Part shown: piece by piece, positions 31,165 to 41,644 of the stretch
Layout: each line of letters begins with the position of its first letter
Numbering within the stretch: position 1 is the first letter of the stretch
DNA from: Methanocaldococcus sp. 16A
Lineage (GTDB): Archaea > AGJL01 > Methanococci > Methanococcales > Methanocaldococcaceae
Direction: 5' to 3' (one strand)
DNA: 64,000 nt
NCBI GenBank assembly: GCA_049860595.1
Contig: CP187551.1
Notes under the pieces: model-generated
Database searches by the model: none
What the model was told of the DNA's origin: nothing
What the model saw: only the letters and a program-made list of their open reading frames with translations
Program-made: the position numbers and the translations under genes

Positions 31165-31314
31165 CTCTCTTTTTTATTCGTCATATAAATTATGTTTTTG
31201 AAGTTCTATATAAACTTTTCGTTAATCTATAAATTTATATAAACTAATAAAATGTTTATAAATAGGATTAACATAATTAACAAATTAACATAAAATCAGA
31301 TTGAGGGATTACTG

Positions 31315-32532
31315 ATGTTTGGAAAATTAAAAGAAAAGCTTATAAAGACAGCATCAAAAATTACTGAAAAAATATATAATAAAGGGGAAGCTGAAGAAGT
31401 TAGAGAAGAAAAAAAAGAAAAACCAAAAATTTCTCTAACAAATTTATTTAAGAAAGAATCTAAAAAAGAAGAAATAAAAAAAGAAAAAACAGAACCAGAG
31501 ATTAAAAAAACTGAAATTGTAAAAACAGAAATTCCTAAAAAAGTAGAAGAAGTTAAAGAAATTAAAGAAGAAAAAGAAAAAAAAGAGATAAGTTTCTTCG
31601 ATAGATTTACTTTAACAAGGGCTATTAAGAAAGTTCTTAAAAAAGAAGTTGTTATCTTAGAAGAAGACATAGAAGATGTATTAGAAGAGTTAGAGATAGA
31701 GCTCTTAGAGGCTGATGTTGCTTTAGAAGTTGTAGAAAAGTTAATTGAGAATATCAAAAATGAATTAGTTGGAAGAAAGATTTCTCCAGATGATAATGTA
31801 GAAGAGATTACAATAAATGCTGTAAAGAATGCTATAAAAAACATCTTATCCCAAGATAAGATTGATATTGAAGAGATAATCAAAAAGAATAAAGCAGAAG
31901 GAAAACCAACAGTTATTGTATTTGTTGGAATTAATGGAACTGGAAAAACCACTACTATAGCTAAATTAGCATATAAATTAAAGCAAAATGGATATAGTGT
32001 TGTTTTAGCCGCTGGAGACACTTTCAGAGCTGGAGCTATTGAGCAATTAGAACAACATGCTAAAAATGTTGGAGTTAAGGTTATTAAGCATAAGCAGGGA
32101 GCTGATTCTGCAGCAGTTATTTATGATGCTATACAGCATGCAAAAGCGAGAGGAATTGATGTTGTTTTAGCAGATACAGCAGGAAGACAGGCAACAAACA
32201 CCAACTTAATGGAGGAAATCAAAAAAGTTGTTAGAGTTACAAAGCCGGATTTGGTTATATTCGTTGGAGATGCCTTAACTGGAAATGATGCTGTATATCA
32301 GGCAGAAGAGTTTAATAATGCAGTAAATATTGATGGAATTATCTTAACAAAAGTAGATGCTGATGCTAAAGGAGGAGCAGCTTTATCAATAGGTTATGCT
32401 ATTGGAAAACCAATTTTATATTTAGGAGTTGGGCAGAGATATTCAGATTTAATTGAATTTGATGCTGACTGGATGGTTAAAAAATTGTTTGGAGAAGAAG
32501 AGTTTGAATTTTCTACTGAAAGAGAATTTTAA
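31315..32532 (+). CDS. ftsY: SRP receptor FtsY
   Basis: [30 protein letters not shown]. Confidence 0.96.
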   Translation: MFGKLKEKLIKTASKITEKIYNKGEAEEVREEKKEKPKISLTNLFKKESKKEEIKKEKTEPEIKKTEIVKTEIPKKVEEVKEIKEEKEKKEISFFDRFTLTRAIKKVLKKEVVILEEDIEDVLEELEIELLEADVALEVVEKLIENIKNELVGRKISPDDNVEEITINAVKNAIKNILSQDKIDIEEIIKKNKAEGKPTVIVFVGINGTGKTTTIAKLAYKLKQNGYSVVLAAGDTFRAGAIEQLEQHAKNVGVKVIKHKQGADSAAVIYDAIQHAKARGIDVVLADTAGRQATNTNLMEEIKKVVRVTKPDLVIFVGDALTGNDAVYQAEEFNNAVNIDGIILTKVDADAKGGAALSIGYAIGKPILYLGVGQRYSDLIEFDADWMVKKLFGEEEFEFSTEREF

Positions 32533-32562
32533 TTTTGTATTTTATTATTACACTTTATCTTT

Positions 32563-32844
32563 TTATTCAGAATATTTATCTCTATATGCTGCATTTGCAA
32601 TTGCATGAGCTAAGAAGGGTGCTAAAATTAGATAAACAAATGCCAAAAGTGGCTCACCTAAAGCTATAAAAATTAAAAAGCATGCACAATCTATAACACC
32701 CAAAATATGTATTCTTGCATAAATGATATTTTTTCTATCTTTTTCTATCCATAATCTATAAGAAGCTAACAAAATACCAAATGAAGCTATAAAAATAAGA
32801 ATATCCTTAACAATCCCAATGAATTGTTCCATAAACATCACCAA
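32563..32844 (-). CDS. MnhG/MrpG-like antiporter subunit (EhbC-like)
   Basis: YARIHILGVID, P..AHAIANA MnhG motifs; three TM segments. Confidence 0.7.
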   Translation of the reverse strand: MVMFMEQFIGIVKDILIFIASFGILLASYRLWIEKDRKNIIYARIHILGVIDCACFLIFIALGEPLLAFVYLILAPFLAHAIANAAYRDKYSE

Positions 32845-32905
32845 TTTATAAGGACATTTATAATGATTAATAATGATAAATTAAAAAAAGATTTATTTAT
32901 ATGTT

Positions 32906-33463
32906 TTGGTGAACGAGATGTTTATCGTGTTTGAAGGTATAGATGGATGTGGAAAAACAACACAATCAAAGATTTTAGCTGAAAAGTTAAATGCATTTTG
33001 GACCTATGAGCCATCAAACAGTGAGGTAGGTAGATTTATAAGAGAAATTTTATCTGGAAAAATAAAGGTAGATGATAAAACCTTAGCTTTATTATTTGCG
33101 GCTGATAGAGTAGAGCACACCAAATTAATAAAAGAAGAGCTAAAAAGAAGAGATGTAGTTTGTGATAGGTATTTGTATTCTTCAATCGCATATCAAAGTG
33201 TAGCAGGAGTTGATGAGGACTTTATAAAATCAATAAATAGATATGCTTTAAAGCCAGATATTGTTTTTTTGTTAGTTGTGGATATTGAAACTGCATTAAA
33301 GAGGGTTAAAACAAAAGATATATTTGAAAAAAAAGAGTTTTTAGAAAATGTACAGAATAAGTATTTAGAGTTAGCTGAAGAAAACAACTTTATAGTTATC
33401 GATACTACAAATAAGTCAATAAATGAGACTCATGAAGAAATTTTAAGTTATCTAAAAAGATAA
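32906..33463 (+). CDS. tmk: Thymidylate kinase
   Basis: FEGIDGCGKTT, LLFAADR, DRYLYSSIAYQ. Confidence 0.95.
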   Translation: MVNEMFIVFEGIDGCGKTTQSKILAEKLNAFWTYEPSNSEVGRFIREILSGKIKVDDKTLALLFAADRVEHTKLIKEELKRRDVVCDRYLYSSIAYQSVAGVDEDFIKSINRYALKPDIVFLLVVDIETALKRVKTKDIFEKKEFLENVQNKYLELAEENNFIVIDTTNKSINETHEEILSYLKR

Positions 33464-33534
33464 TATATAACAAAATATAAAAAAGTATATAAATTATAAT
33501 ACTGAATTGAGTTATTTGTTAGATAGACTTGTAG

Positions 33535-34128
33535 GTGGGGATTATGGAAATTACATATAACATTCCTGTTTCAGAGGTTATGAGTTTTCCCGTAATTACA
33601 GCTACAAAGGACATGACAATCTATGATGTAGCAAATATAATGTCTGAAAAAAACATTGGAGCTGTTGTTGTTGTAGAGGGTAATAAGCCTGTTGGCATAT
33701 TGACAGAAAGAGATATTGTAAAAAGAGTAGTTTCAAAAAATTTAAAGCCAAAGGATGTTTTAGTAGAGGAAGTGATGAGCAAAAAGATAATTACAATCCC
33801 TCAAAATGTTTCAATTACTGAAGCGGCTAAAATAATGGCAACTCACGGAATTAAAAGATTGCCAGTTGTAAAAGATGGGGAATTGGTAGGGATAATTACT
33901 CAAAGTGACATAGTTAAAGTTTCACCAGAGTTGTTAGAAATAGCTGCAGAATATGCATCAATAAAACCAGAAGAAAAAGATGTTATTCCATTAGACACTG
34001 ATGAGTTTACAGAAGAATACATAAATGGAATATGTGAAAATTGTGGATATCAGGGAAGAGTTAGGTTATATCATGGAAGATACTTATGTGATGAGTGTAT
34101 AGAAGAATTTGAAGAAAATGAAGAATAA
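33535..34128 (+). CDS. CBS-domain protein with C-terminal zinc ribbon
   Basis: Two CBS repeats (GILTERD, GIITQSD); CENC...CDEC. Confidence 0.88.
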   Translation: MGIMEITYNIPVSEVMSFPVITATKDMTIYDVANIMSEKNIGAVVVVEGNKPVGILTERDIVKRVVSKNLKPKDVLVEEVMSKKIITIPQNVSITEAAKIMATHGIKRLPVVKDGELVGIITQSDIVKVSPELLEIAAEYASIKPEEKDVIPLDTDEFTEEYINGICENCGYQGRVRLYHGRYLCDECIEEFEENEE

Positions 34129-34137
34129 ATATGCTAC

Positions 34138-35058
34138 TCATTCATGAGCAATTCCAATAATATCCTTCAATGTTAAATTTTCCTCTTTTAAAAAGCTAAT
34201 TATCTCATCACAAACTTTTTTGAATATATCATATCCTCTATAATAAACTCCACTTCCTATTTGAACAGCTGAAGCTCCAGCCATCATATATTCAATAGCA
34301 TCATCTCCATTCATTATTCCTCCAACACCTATTATAGGAATATCAAAATTTTCATACAAATCCCAAACAACTTTTATACCTATTGGTTTTATTGCTCTTC
34401 CACTTAAACCACCAAACTTATTTCCTAAAATTGGTTTTTTTGCTCTAATATCTATTGCCATTCCTCTAACTGTGTTTATAGCTACAAGTCCATCAACTCC
34501 AGCATCTACAACTGCCTGAGCTATTTCAACAATATCTGTAACATTTGGTGTTAATTTAGCAAAAACTGGAATTTTTACTGATTTTTTTACTGCCTTACAA
34601 ACACTGTAAGATAAATCTGGATTCTGCCCAATTGTGGCTCCATAACCCTTAGCATGAGGGCAGGAAATATTTAGCTCAATAATATCAACATATTTCTCCA
34701 TCTTCTTAGCTACTTCAGCAAACTCCTCCTCATTCTTTCCATAAACTGAGCCAATAATTCTGACATCCATTCTATTTAATTCATCTCTAATTCTCTCTAT
34801 TTCCTCCAAATACTCATCAACTCCAGGATTTGGCAATCCCATAGCATTTAAAAATCCACCATAAACCTCTACAATAGTTGGATTTCTATGTCCAGGATTT
34901 GGATTTAAACCAATAGATTTTGTTGTTACAGCTCCTGCCCCACCTTTAGCAATTCTTTTTAATGCACTTCCAGTCTCTCCCATTATCCCGCTTGCTAAAA
35001 AAACAGGATTTTTGAACTCTATTCCACATAAATTTGTTCTCAGCATATATTCACCCAA
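34138..35058 (-). CDS. pyrD: Dihydroorotate dehydrogenase family 1, catalytic subunit
   Basis: NAMGLPNPG, ELNISCPH, AKLTPN, GGLSG. Confidence 0.95.
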   Translation of the reverse strand: MGEYMLRTNLCGIEFKNPVFLASGIMGETGSALKRIAKGGAGAVTTKSIGLNPNPGHRNPTIVEVYGGFLNAMGLPNPGVDEYLEEIERIRDELNRMDVRIIGSVYGKNEEEFAEVAKKMEKYVDIIELNISCPHAKGYGATIGQNPDLSYSVCKAVKKSVKIPVFAKLTPNVTDIVEIAQAVVDAGVDGLVAINTVRGMAIDIRAKKPILGNKFGGLSGRAIKPIGIKVVWDLYENFDIPIIGVGGIMNGDDAIEYMMAGASAVQIGSGVYYRGYDIFKKVCDEIISFLKEENLTLKDIIGIAHE

Positions 35059-35244
35059 CCAAAAGTTTTAAATACTAATTCTTATGGTATAATGATATTA
35101 AATTTTTGATGGCAAATTGTAGTTTCTATAGTGAGAATAAACTAAAACATTATTATAGTTTTAAAAATATACTGCGATTTTTTGTAATGATAAAACAGCC
35201 AATTCTAATACTATCAAAATTCAATATTAAAAGGTGAGCTAAAC

Positions 35245-35517
35245 ATGCCAGCACCAAGATACAGGTCAAGGTCATATAGAAGAATATATAGAAGAACACC
35301 AGGAGGAAGAATAGTTATCCATTATAAGAGAAGAAAACCAAACAAAGCAAAATGTGCTGTATGTGGAGCTGAATTACACGGAGTTCCAAGAGGAAGACCA
35401 GTTGAGATAAGAAAATTACCAAAATCACAGAGAAGACCTGAGAGACCTTATGGAGGCTACTTATGCCCAAGATGCTTAAAGAGATTAATGATTCAGAAAG
35501 CAAGAAACTTAAAGTAA
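35245..35517 (+). CDS. rpl34e: 50S ribosomal protein L34e
   Basis: [22 protein letters not shown]. Confidence 0.97.
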   Translation: MPAPRYRSRSYRRIYRRTPGGRIVIHYKRRKPNKAKCAVCGAELHGVPRGRPVEIRKLPKSQRRPERPYGGYLCPRCLKRLMIQKARNLK

Positions 35518-35580
35518 TTTCAAAAAATTTATATAATAAAAAATTGTATAATGGTTAATCCATTTTGGATGGGTGAATAA

Positions 35581-36126
35581 ATGATAATCACTATTGGGGG
35601 GCTACCAGGGACAGGGACTACAACAATTGCAAAGATGATAGCAGAGAAATACAACCTTAAACATGTATGTGCAGGATTTATTTTTAGAGAGATGGCAAAA
35701 GAAATGGGCATGGATTTGCAAGAATTTAGTAAATATGCAGAACAGCACAAAGAAGTTGATGAAGAGATTGATAGAAGACAAGTAGAAATAGCAAAGCAGG
35801 GAAATGTTGTATTAGAAGGTAGATTGGCAGCATGGATGCTTTTAAAAAATGGAATTAAGCCAGATTTGACAATCTGGTTTAAAGCCCCCCTTGAAGTTAG
35901 AGCTGAAAGAATTAGCATGAGAGAAAGTGTAGATAAAGAAATTGCTTTAAAAAAGATGATTGAAAGAGAAGCTAGTGAGAAAAAAAGATATAAAGAAATT
36001 TATAATATAGATTTAGATGACTTATCCATTTACGATTTAGTTATTGATACTTCAAAATGGAACGTGGAGGGAGTGTTTAATATTGTCTCCTCTGCCATCG
36101 ATAATTTAGCCAAAAAACAAATTTAA
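35581..36126 (+). CDS. cmk: Cytidylate kinase (archaeal type)
   Basis: [24 protein letters not shown]; located between L34e and L14e. Confidence 0.92.
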   Translation: MIITIGGLPGTGTTTIAKMIAEKYNLKHVCAGFIFREMAKEMGMDLQEFSKYAEQHKEVDEEIDRRQVEIAKQGNVVLEGRLAAWMLLKNGIKPDLTIWFKAPLEVRAERISMRESVDKEIALKKMIEREASEKKRYKEIYNIDLDDLSIYDLVIDTSKWNVEGVFNIVSSAIDNLAKKQI

Positions 36127-36127
36127 A

Positions 36128-36211
36128 GAGAGGGGGCGATATTAAACCTCCCTCATTGGAGGATGAGTTGTGATTCGCGAGAGTCACAACAACAAAAATG
36201 AGGTGAGGTAA
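36128..36211 (+). promoter_or_regulatory. Structured 5' leader of rpl14e with alternative anti-SD pairings
   Basis: GNRA hairpin GTTGTGATTC-GCGA-GAGTCACAAC (36167-36190); ACCTCCCTCATT (36146-36157) pairs with AATGAGG-T-GAGGT (36197-36209) or with GAGGGGG (36130-36136). Confidence 0.6.
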
Positions 36212-36454
36212 ATGCCAGCTATTGAAGTAGGAAGAGTCTGTATAAAAACAGCAGGAAGAGAAGCAGGAAAAGTTTGTGTTATCGTAGATATCTTAGACAA
36301 AAACTTTGTTATAGTTGATGGATTAGTTAAGAGAAGAAGATGCAATATAAAACACTTAGAACCTACAGAGAAAAAAGTTGATATTAAGCCAGGAGCTTCA
36401 ACAGAAGAAGTTAAATTAGCTTTAGATGCTGCTGGATTGTTAAAAGAAGAATAA
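36212..36454 (+). CDS. rpl14e: 50S ribosomal protein L14e
   Basis: [28 protein letters not shown]. Confidence 0.97.
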   Translation: MPAIEVGRVCIKTAGREAGKVCVIVDILDKNFVIVDGLVKRRRCNIKHLEPTEKKVDIKPGASTEEVKLALDAAGLLKEE

Positions 36455-36578
36455 ATCCATTTCTTTTCTTTTTTATTTATTGAATATAATATTGATTAAT
36501 GTAAATTAATAAATATAAAATTCTTAAATAATATGGAATCAAAAATTATAATAATATAATTTTTTTAGGTGGGCTTTT

Positions 36579-37532
36579 ATGCTATTCAATATCTTTAAAA
36601 AATCTAAAAAGAGATTGGATGAATTTTTAGATGAAAATAAAGACAAAGTTTTAACATTAGAGTTAAATAGCAAAGTTGATTGTTTATGTGACTTCACTTA
36701 CAACTTTATATGGCAAAGTAAATTTAATCCAGAAACCAAAATAAAAGATAATATCTCCTTCAAAACCCTTGTAGAGCATTTAAAAAATGGTGGCATAATA
36801 TATATAAAAGGAGATGTAGGGAAAAGATTCTGCTCTTCCATGGGTGTTGATTTAAAATATTTTGGTGGAAGTGGGGGAAGGATAAAAGTAGGAACAGTTA
36901 TTGTGGATGGAGATGTTGATACAAGATTTGGAATAAGTATGTTATCTGGAACTGTCTATATCAATGAGAAAAATAATATAAAAGAACCTATGGGGAATAT
37001 TATTGAAGTTGAGAGTGATATAAAAGGTTATAGAAAATTCATATCCATAACAGAGTTTGTTGAATATAGATATAGAGATGAAAAACTCTTAAAGCCAAAT
37101 AAATTTGATAAAAATAAAGGAATTTTAGAAATTAATGATAAAATAAAAAGAGATACTGTTGGAGCAAGATTGAATGAAGATAAAACAATAGTAGTTAATG
37201 GAGATGTTGATTTATCCACAGGAATTTTAATGAAAAATGGTAAAGTTATTGTAAATGGAAATGCTGGAAAAAATACTGGAGCTGTATTAAATGGTGGAAC
37301 TGTTATAATTAATGGAGATACTAATGACTTCACTGGTTTTGAAATGAAAAATGGAGTAATAGTTGTTGATGGATATGCTGGAAAGTATTTGGGTGCCAAA
37401 AAGAAAGGTGGAATTATATATGCAAGAGATGGAAAAGAAGTTCCTCCAACAAAAAAATATGACTTAGATCGAGAGGATATTAAATTCTTAAAAAGTTTAG
37501 GTTATACAGGAAAGTTTTACAAATTTGTATAA
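36579..37532 (+). CDS. FwdC/GltB-C (GXGXG) beta-helix protein
   Basis: Repeated G.MK.G.I.V.G.AG units. Confidence 0.8.
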   Translation: MLFNIFKKSKKRLDEFLDENKDKVLTLELNSKVDCLCDFTYNFIWQSKFNPETKIKDNISFKTLVEHLKNGGIIYIKGDVGKRFCSSMGVDLKYFGGSGGRIKVGTVIVDGDVDTRFGISMLSGTVYINEKNNIKEPMGNIIEVESDIKGYRKFISITEFVEYRYRDEKLLKPNKFDKNKGILEINDKIKRDTVGARLNEDKTIVVNGDVDLSTGILMKNGKVIVNGNAGKNTGAVLNGGTVIINGDTNDFTGFEMKNGVIVVDGYAGKYLGAKKKGGIIYARDGKEVPPTKKYDLDREDIKFLKSLGYTGKFYKFV

Positions 37533-37602
37533 ATTCTTTAAATTCCTCTAAATGTAGTAAAAAGAGTATTAAAAGGTTTAGCTAAACCTTAATATTTGTG
37601 TT

Positions 37603-37836
37603 TTAAATTTTCTCTGCAAATGCAAACTTGCTTTTTACAGCTGTTATTCTTATATCAACTTTATCTCCTTTTTGTGTTTCAGGGACGAAGACAACAAATC
37701 CTTCAACTCTTGCTATTCCGTCTCCGCCTCTACCCATATCTTCAATTGTAACACTGTAGGTTTCGCCTTCTTTAACTGGAACATTTCTTCTAATTTCATT
37801 ATTTCTTACAGTTCTTCTTCCTTTATTATTAAACAT
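37603..37836 (-). CDS. Single TRAM-domain RNA chaperone
   Basis: [30 protein letters not shown]. Confidence 0.9.
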   Translation of the reverse strand: MFNNKGRRTVRNNEIRRNVPVKEGETYSVTIEDMGRGGDGIARVEGFVVFVPETQKGDKVDIRITAVKSKFAFAEKI

Positions 37837-37973
37837 TCAATTCACCAAATTTCAAAGATAGTATTTAGATATTTCATCGCATTTCGCTCAATATCAATGT
37901 TGTCAAAAGGGGTATAAATACTTATGGATGTGTAAATATTTTTATATTTTTACACAACTATAAATAAAAACTA

Positions 37974-38504
37974 CTACTCTCTCTTTTTCCTATATTTTAG
38001 AGATACTTCCAATAACCTCTCTTTAGCCTTTTTAAACTCTTCTTCATCAACACTTTCCTCAAATCCTAAATACTTCAAAACAAGCTCAGCGTATTTAAAA
38101 TATTCCTCATCAACTCTATCCTCTCCCAAATAAAGCCCTCTACAATTCCTCAAAAACCATATATCATAGGTTAATGTTAATCTCCCATTCCTAAGTTGAA
38201 CAGAATATGGTCTAAGCCTACAAATTAAAGGTCTGGCTTCATAAATTTTACATTTTTTGGTTTTTTTGTCTAAAAATATACATTTTCCTCCAACCTCTTT
38301 AAGTTCTCCAATATATCCATTAAAAAATCCAACATATTTTTTAAAAACTTCAGAAAGAGGAATTTTTAAATATCCCGCTATTTTTGCTAAATCCTTTTTT
38401 GTAACTGTTGGTGCATCACAACAAAACCCACATTTTATGCAATGATAAGCTATTCCTCCCAAATAAATATCAAACTTTATTTTGTTTTTCTTATTATTTT
38501 TCAT
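37974..38504 (-). CDS. YkgJ-type cysteine-cluster protein
   Basis: CIKCGFCC, CIFLD, CKIYEARPLICRLRPY. Confidence 0.85.
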   Translation of the reverse strand: MKNNKKNKIKFDIYLGGIAYHCIKCGFCCDAPTVTKKDLAKIAGYLKIPLSEVFKKYVGFFNGYIGELKEVGGKCIFLDKKTKKCKIYEARPLICRLRPYSVQLRNGRLTLTYDIWFLRNCRGLYLGEDRVDEEYFKYAELVLKYLGFEESVDEEEFKKAKERLLEVSLKYRKKRE

Positions 38505-39204
38505 GGTTATCACACTTTCCACATAAGATACATGGCTTTATATGTCCAGCTAAAAAATCTAATGCTTTACTAATCTCTAAATGAATAGTTTTAGGGAATT
38601 TATATATAGCATAGCCATATAAAATTCCTGTAATAACATCAACAATCCAGTGCATTCCCATAATTAATGTAGAAATTGGAATTAAAACTGCTAATGCAAA
38701 GTAAATATAATTTAAAAATTTTTCATCTTTAAAATGTAGTGCCAATAAAAGAGAATATGCAGTGTGTAATGAAGGAATTTCATAAGTGGGCTTTGTAAAT
38801 ATCCAAAAAAAATTACTATTTATTAAATCCTTAGTAACACCCACTTGAAATGGTGATTGAACAACAATAATAGTGTATATCAAACCTGCAAATAGCCATC
38901 CTAAAGCTAAATCAACTAAAATAATGTCACTCTTTAAAAAATTTTTCTTTATAAATAAATAATAAGCAATACCTCCAACAATCATAAAAGAGAAGCCATA
39001 TAAATAAATAATTTTAAAAAACTCAATAATAATGGATGGTAATGACTGCAAAACCATGTAAAATTCCTTATTACATAGAGGGAGTTTTAATAACAAATTA
39101 GTTGCATCAATTGGCTCTATAATTTGAGAATACCACATCAATCCCCCCCACATAATATAAGCGATAGGATAAACTGCTAATCTAACTAAAATTCTCTTAT
39201 CCAC
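38494..39204 (-). CDS. PAP2-superfamily membrane phosphatase/phosphotransferase
   Basis: PSLHTA, MHWIVDVITG; GGTGA RBS before GTG at 39204. Confidence 0.75.
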   Translation of the reverse strand: MDKRILVRLAVYPIAYIMWGGLMWYSQIIEPIDATNLLLKLPLCNKEFYMVLQSLPSIIIEFFKIIYLYGFSFMIVGGIAYYLFIKKNFLKSDIILVDLALGWLFAGLIYTIIVVQSPFQVGVTKDLINSNFFWIFTKPTYEIPSLHTAYSLLLALHFKDEKFLNYIYFALAVLIPISTLIMGMHWIVDVITGILYGYAIYKFPKTIHLEISKALDFLAGHIKPCILCGKCDNHEK

Positions 39205-39239
39205 ACTATCACCAATTTTCAAGTATATGAGGTGAGATT

Positions 39240-40715
39240 ATTAAATTCTTAGAAGCAATTACTGATTTTTTAGAGAAAAATGTAAAAACCATATTTTCCT
39301 ATCCAGGAGAGCAAATATTGCCGTTGTATAATGAAATAGAGAGTAGCAATATAAAAAATATTACGGTTAGAGATGAGAGAGGAGCTGGCTTCATGGCTGA
39401 TGGTTATGCAAGAATAACCAACTATATAGGAGTTTGCTTAGTAACTGCTGGTCCTGGAAGCACAAATTTAACAACACCAATAGCTAATGCATATAAAGAT
39501 AACTCCTCAGTATTGGCAATTACTGGAAGATGCCAAAGAAAATATATTGGAAAAAATTACTTCCAAGAAATAAATATGGACTTTTTAAATTTCTATAAAG
39601 GTTATTTTGTTGATAATGCAGATATAAACTATATTGTTGATGCATTTAATGACTGCTTAACTAATAAAAAACCTGTTCAGCTAAATATTCCAGTTGATTT
39701 ATACAAAGAAGAAACAAAAGATATAAATACAAATGCATATATAGATATAAATAAAGACGATAATGAAGATACATTAAATAATATAAAAGAGATTAATGCC
39801 AAAAAACCACTATTTTTAATTGGGCAGGGGATATTTGGAACTTTAAGTTATAAAGAAATGTTAAAAATATCAAAAATATTAAAAAAAGTAAATTGTCCTA
39901 TAACCACAACATTTCCTGCAAGAGGAGTAATTGATGAAAGAGATGATAACTGTATTGGTTTAGTTGGTAGGAGAGGAGATTTAAAATCTTTATTAGAGGC
40001 AGATAAGATAATAAATATTGGTTCTTCATTATCTTACAATACCTATGTAGAGAGTGTTAGGGAAAAACTTTTAAGTAAAACCTTAACTATAAATCTGAAA
40101 CCAAAAAATATCAAAGAGTTAAAAGAATTTTTTGATAATTTGAGTGTAGAAAATAACAATTGTATAAATGAAAATAGCAACAAATTTTCTCCTCGTGGAG
40201 ATTATTCAAGTAAAATTAATGAAATTATTAAAAATATTCCAGAAGATTCTATAATAGTTACAGACGCAGGCAAACATACTGTATTTACATGTTTATTAAA
40301 AACCTGTGTAGTTCCAAGAAATATAATCTCTTCACACTCATTTGGAGCTATGGGCTTTGGTTTGCCTGCAACTATTGGAGTTAAATTTGGGGCTATTGAT
40401 TTTAACATTGATAGAGAAGTTGTATTAATTAGTGGGGATGGAGGATTTTTAATGAATATAGAGGAGCTTCAAGTAGTTTCTGAATATAATTTAAAAATCT
40501 TAATGGTTGTATTTAAAAATAACAGCTTGGCTGAGTTTTGTAAAATAAAGAATCCTAACTTTAACAAAATAGCCGATGCCTTTGGAATTGATAACTGTTA
40601 CATTGAAAAAGCTGATGAAATTAGCCCAACAATTAAAGATTATCTAAAAAAGGATAAACCTTTGTTAATGGTTGTTGAGACAGAAAACGAGCCATTACCA
40701 AAACCAAATATATAA
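39240..40715 (+). CDS. ThDP-dependent acetolactate-synthase-like enzyme, probable ATT start
   Basis: FSYPGEQILP, RDERGAGFMADGYAR, GPGSTN, GDGGF; frame open from 39231; GAGGTGA RBS before ATT at 39240. Confidence 0.8.
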   Translation: MKFLEAITDFLEKNVKTIFSYPGEQILPLYNEIESSNIKNITVRDERGAGFMADGYARITNYIGVCLVTAGPGSTNLTTPIANAYKDNSSVLAITGRCQRKYIGKNYFQEINMDFLNFYKGYFVDNADINYIVDAFNDCLTNKKPVQLNIPVDLYKEETKDINTNAYIDINKDDNEDTLNNIKEINAKKPLFLIGQGIFGTLSYKEMLKISKILKKVNCPITTTFPARGVIDERDDNCIGLVGRRGDLKSLLEADKIINIGSSLSYNTYVESVREKLLSKTLTINLKPKNIKELKEFFDNLSVENNNCINENSNKFSPRGDYSSKINEIIKNIPEDSIIVTDAGKHTVFTCLLKTCVVPRNIISSHSFGAMGFGLPATIGVKFGAIDFNIDREVVLISGDGGFLMNIEELQVVSEYNLKILMVVFKNNSLAEFCKIKNPNFNKIADAFGIDNCYIEKADEISPTIKDYLKKDKPLLMVVETENEPLPKPNI

Positions 40716-40766
40716 TTGATAATTTAGCATATATGGTTTTAAAAATTTAAATTTTGGAGGGATAGT

Positions 40767-41642
40767 ATGGAAGAAACTTTAAATGAGCTATTTAAAATTT
40801 TATCGAAAGATTTACACTTTAATGCTACTAAATTAAACTCTGAAACTTATGAACAAAATTGGAAAGTTCCAGAAGGATTTATTTCAATAATAGGACTTGA
40901 AAATGCTAAAATGCCTGTATTTTATTATGGAATAACAAACACATATAAAAAAGAGTTTGAAATTAAAAAAATAGTTACACCAAAAGGGCAAAAACAAGTT
41001 TTTTCAAGAATCTACTATATTTTTGATAGAAGAGATATTATTGAAAAAGAAAAATATGTTGTTGCAAATGCCTTTAATGGGCTCTTATTAGTTATAGAAT
41101 TTAATAAAACAGAGTTTATTGAGAAAGCTATTGATATGCTAACAAAAGGTTATGAAGAAGATGAATTCATTAGAGAAGTTATTAATAATATAAAAGAAAA
41201 GAATATGTTTGACACTATTGAAGAAACCATAAGATTTATAGCCAATAGAGATTACAATTGGTTAATTGGGAGAATAAAATACAATATGGGAATTTTAGAA
41301 TATTCTGGGCAAGGTTACTATTTACTTCCAATAAAAACAAATATGCAAATAACTCCAGGAATAAAAATCAATAATGGGAAAGTTATAATCGATTTAGAAA
41401 ATTCTCATCTATTTAAAAACTTCATTGTATATGTTGATACTATAAACAATAAAATAATTTACAACAAAGAGAGACTATGTAACAAAAATCCTGCCATATT
41501 GGATATAATGTCAAAGATAGATGATAACACCTGCCCATGGTGTGGAGCTAAGTTGAGAGTGGTTAGAACAAGAAAAGGAGAGTTTTTAGGATGTACAAAT
41601 TATCCAAAGTGTTTGTATAGGAGATTTCCAAAAAAACAATAA
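40767..41642 (+). CDS. Protein with C-terminal topoisomerase-type C4 zinc finger
   Basis: CPWCG...FLGCTNYPKC. Confidence 0.75.
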   Translation: MEETLNELFKILSKDLHFNATKLNSETYEQNWKVPEGFISIIGLENAKMPVFYYGITNTYKKEFEIKKIVTPKGQKQVFSRIYYIFDRRDIIEKEKYVVANAFNGLLLVIEFNKTEFIEKAIDMLTKGYEEDEFIREVINNIKEKNMFDTIEETIRFIANRDYNWLIGRIKYNMGILEYSGQGYYLLPIKTNMQITPGIKINNGKVIIDLENSHLFKNFIVYVDTINNKIIYNKERLCNKNPAILDIMSKIDDNTCPWCGAKLRVVRTRKGEFLGCTNYPKCLYRRFPKKQ

Positions 41643-41644
41643 AA

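Noticed and set aside
31296-32021. Long antisense ORFs (31296..32021, 44158..44811, 55625..56104, 50883..51332 and similar)
   Set aside because: They are shadow frames of well-supported genes, with Ser/Phe/Ile-rich composition and no RBS or motifs.
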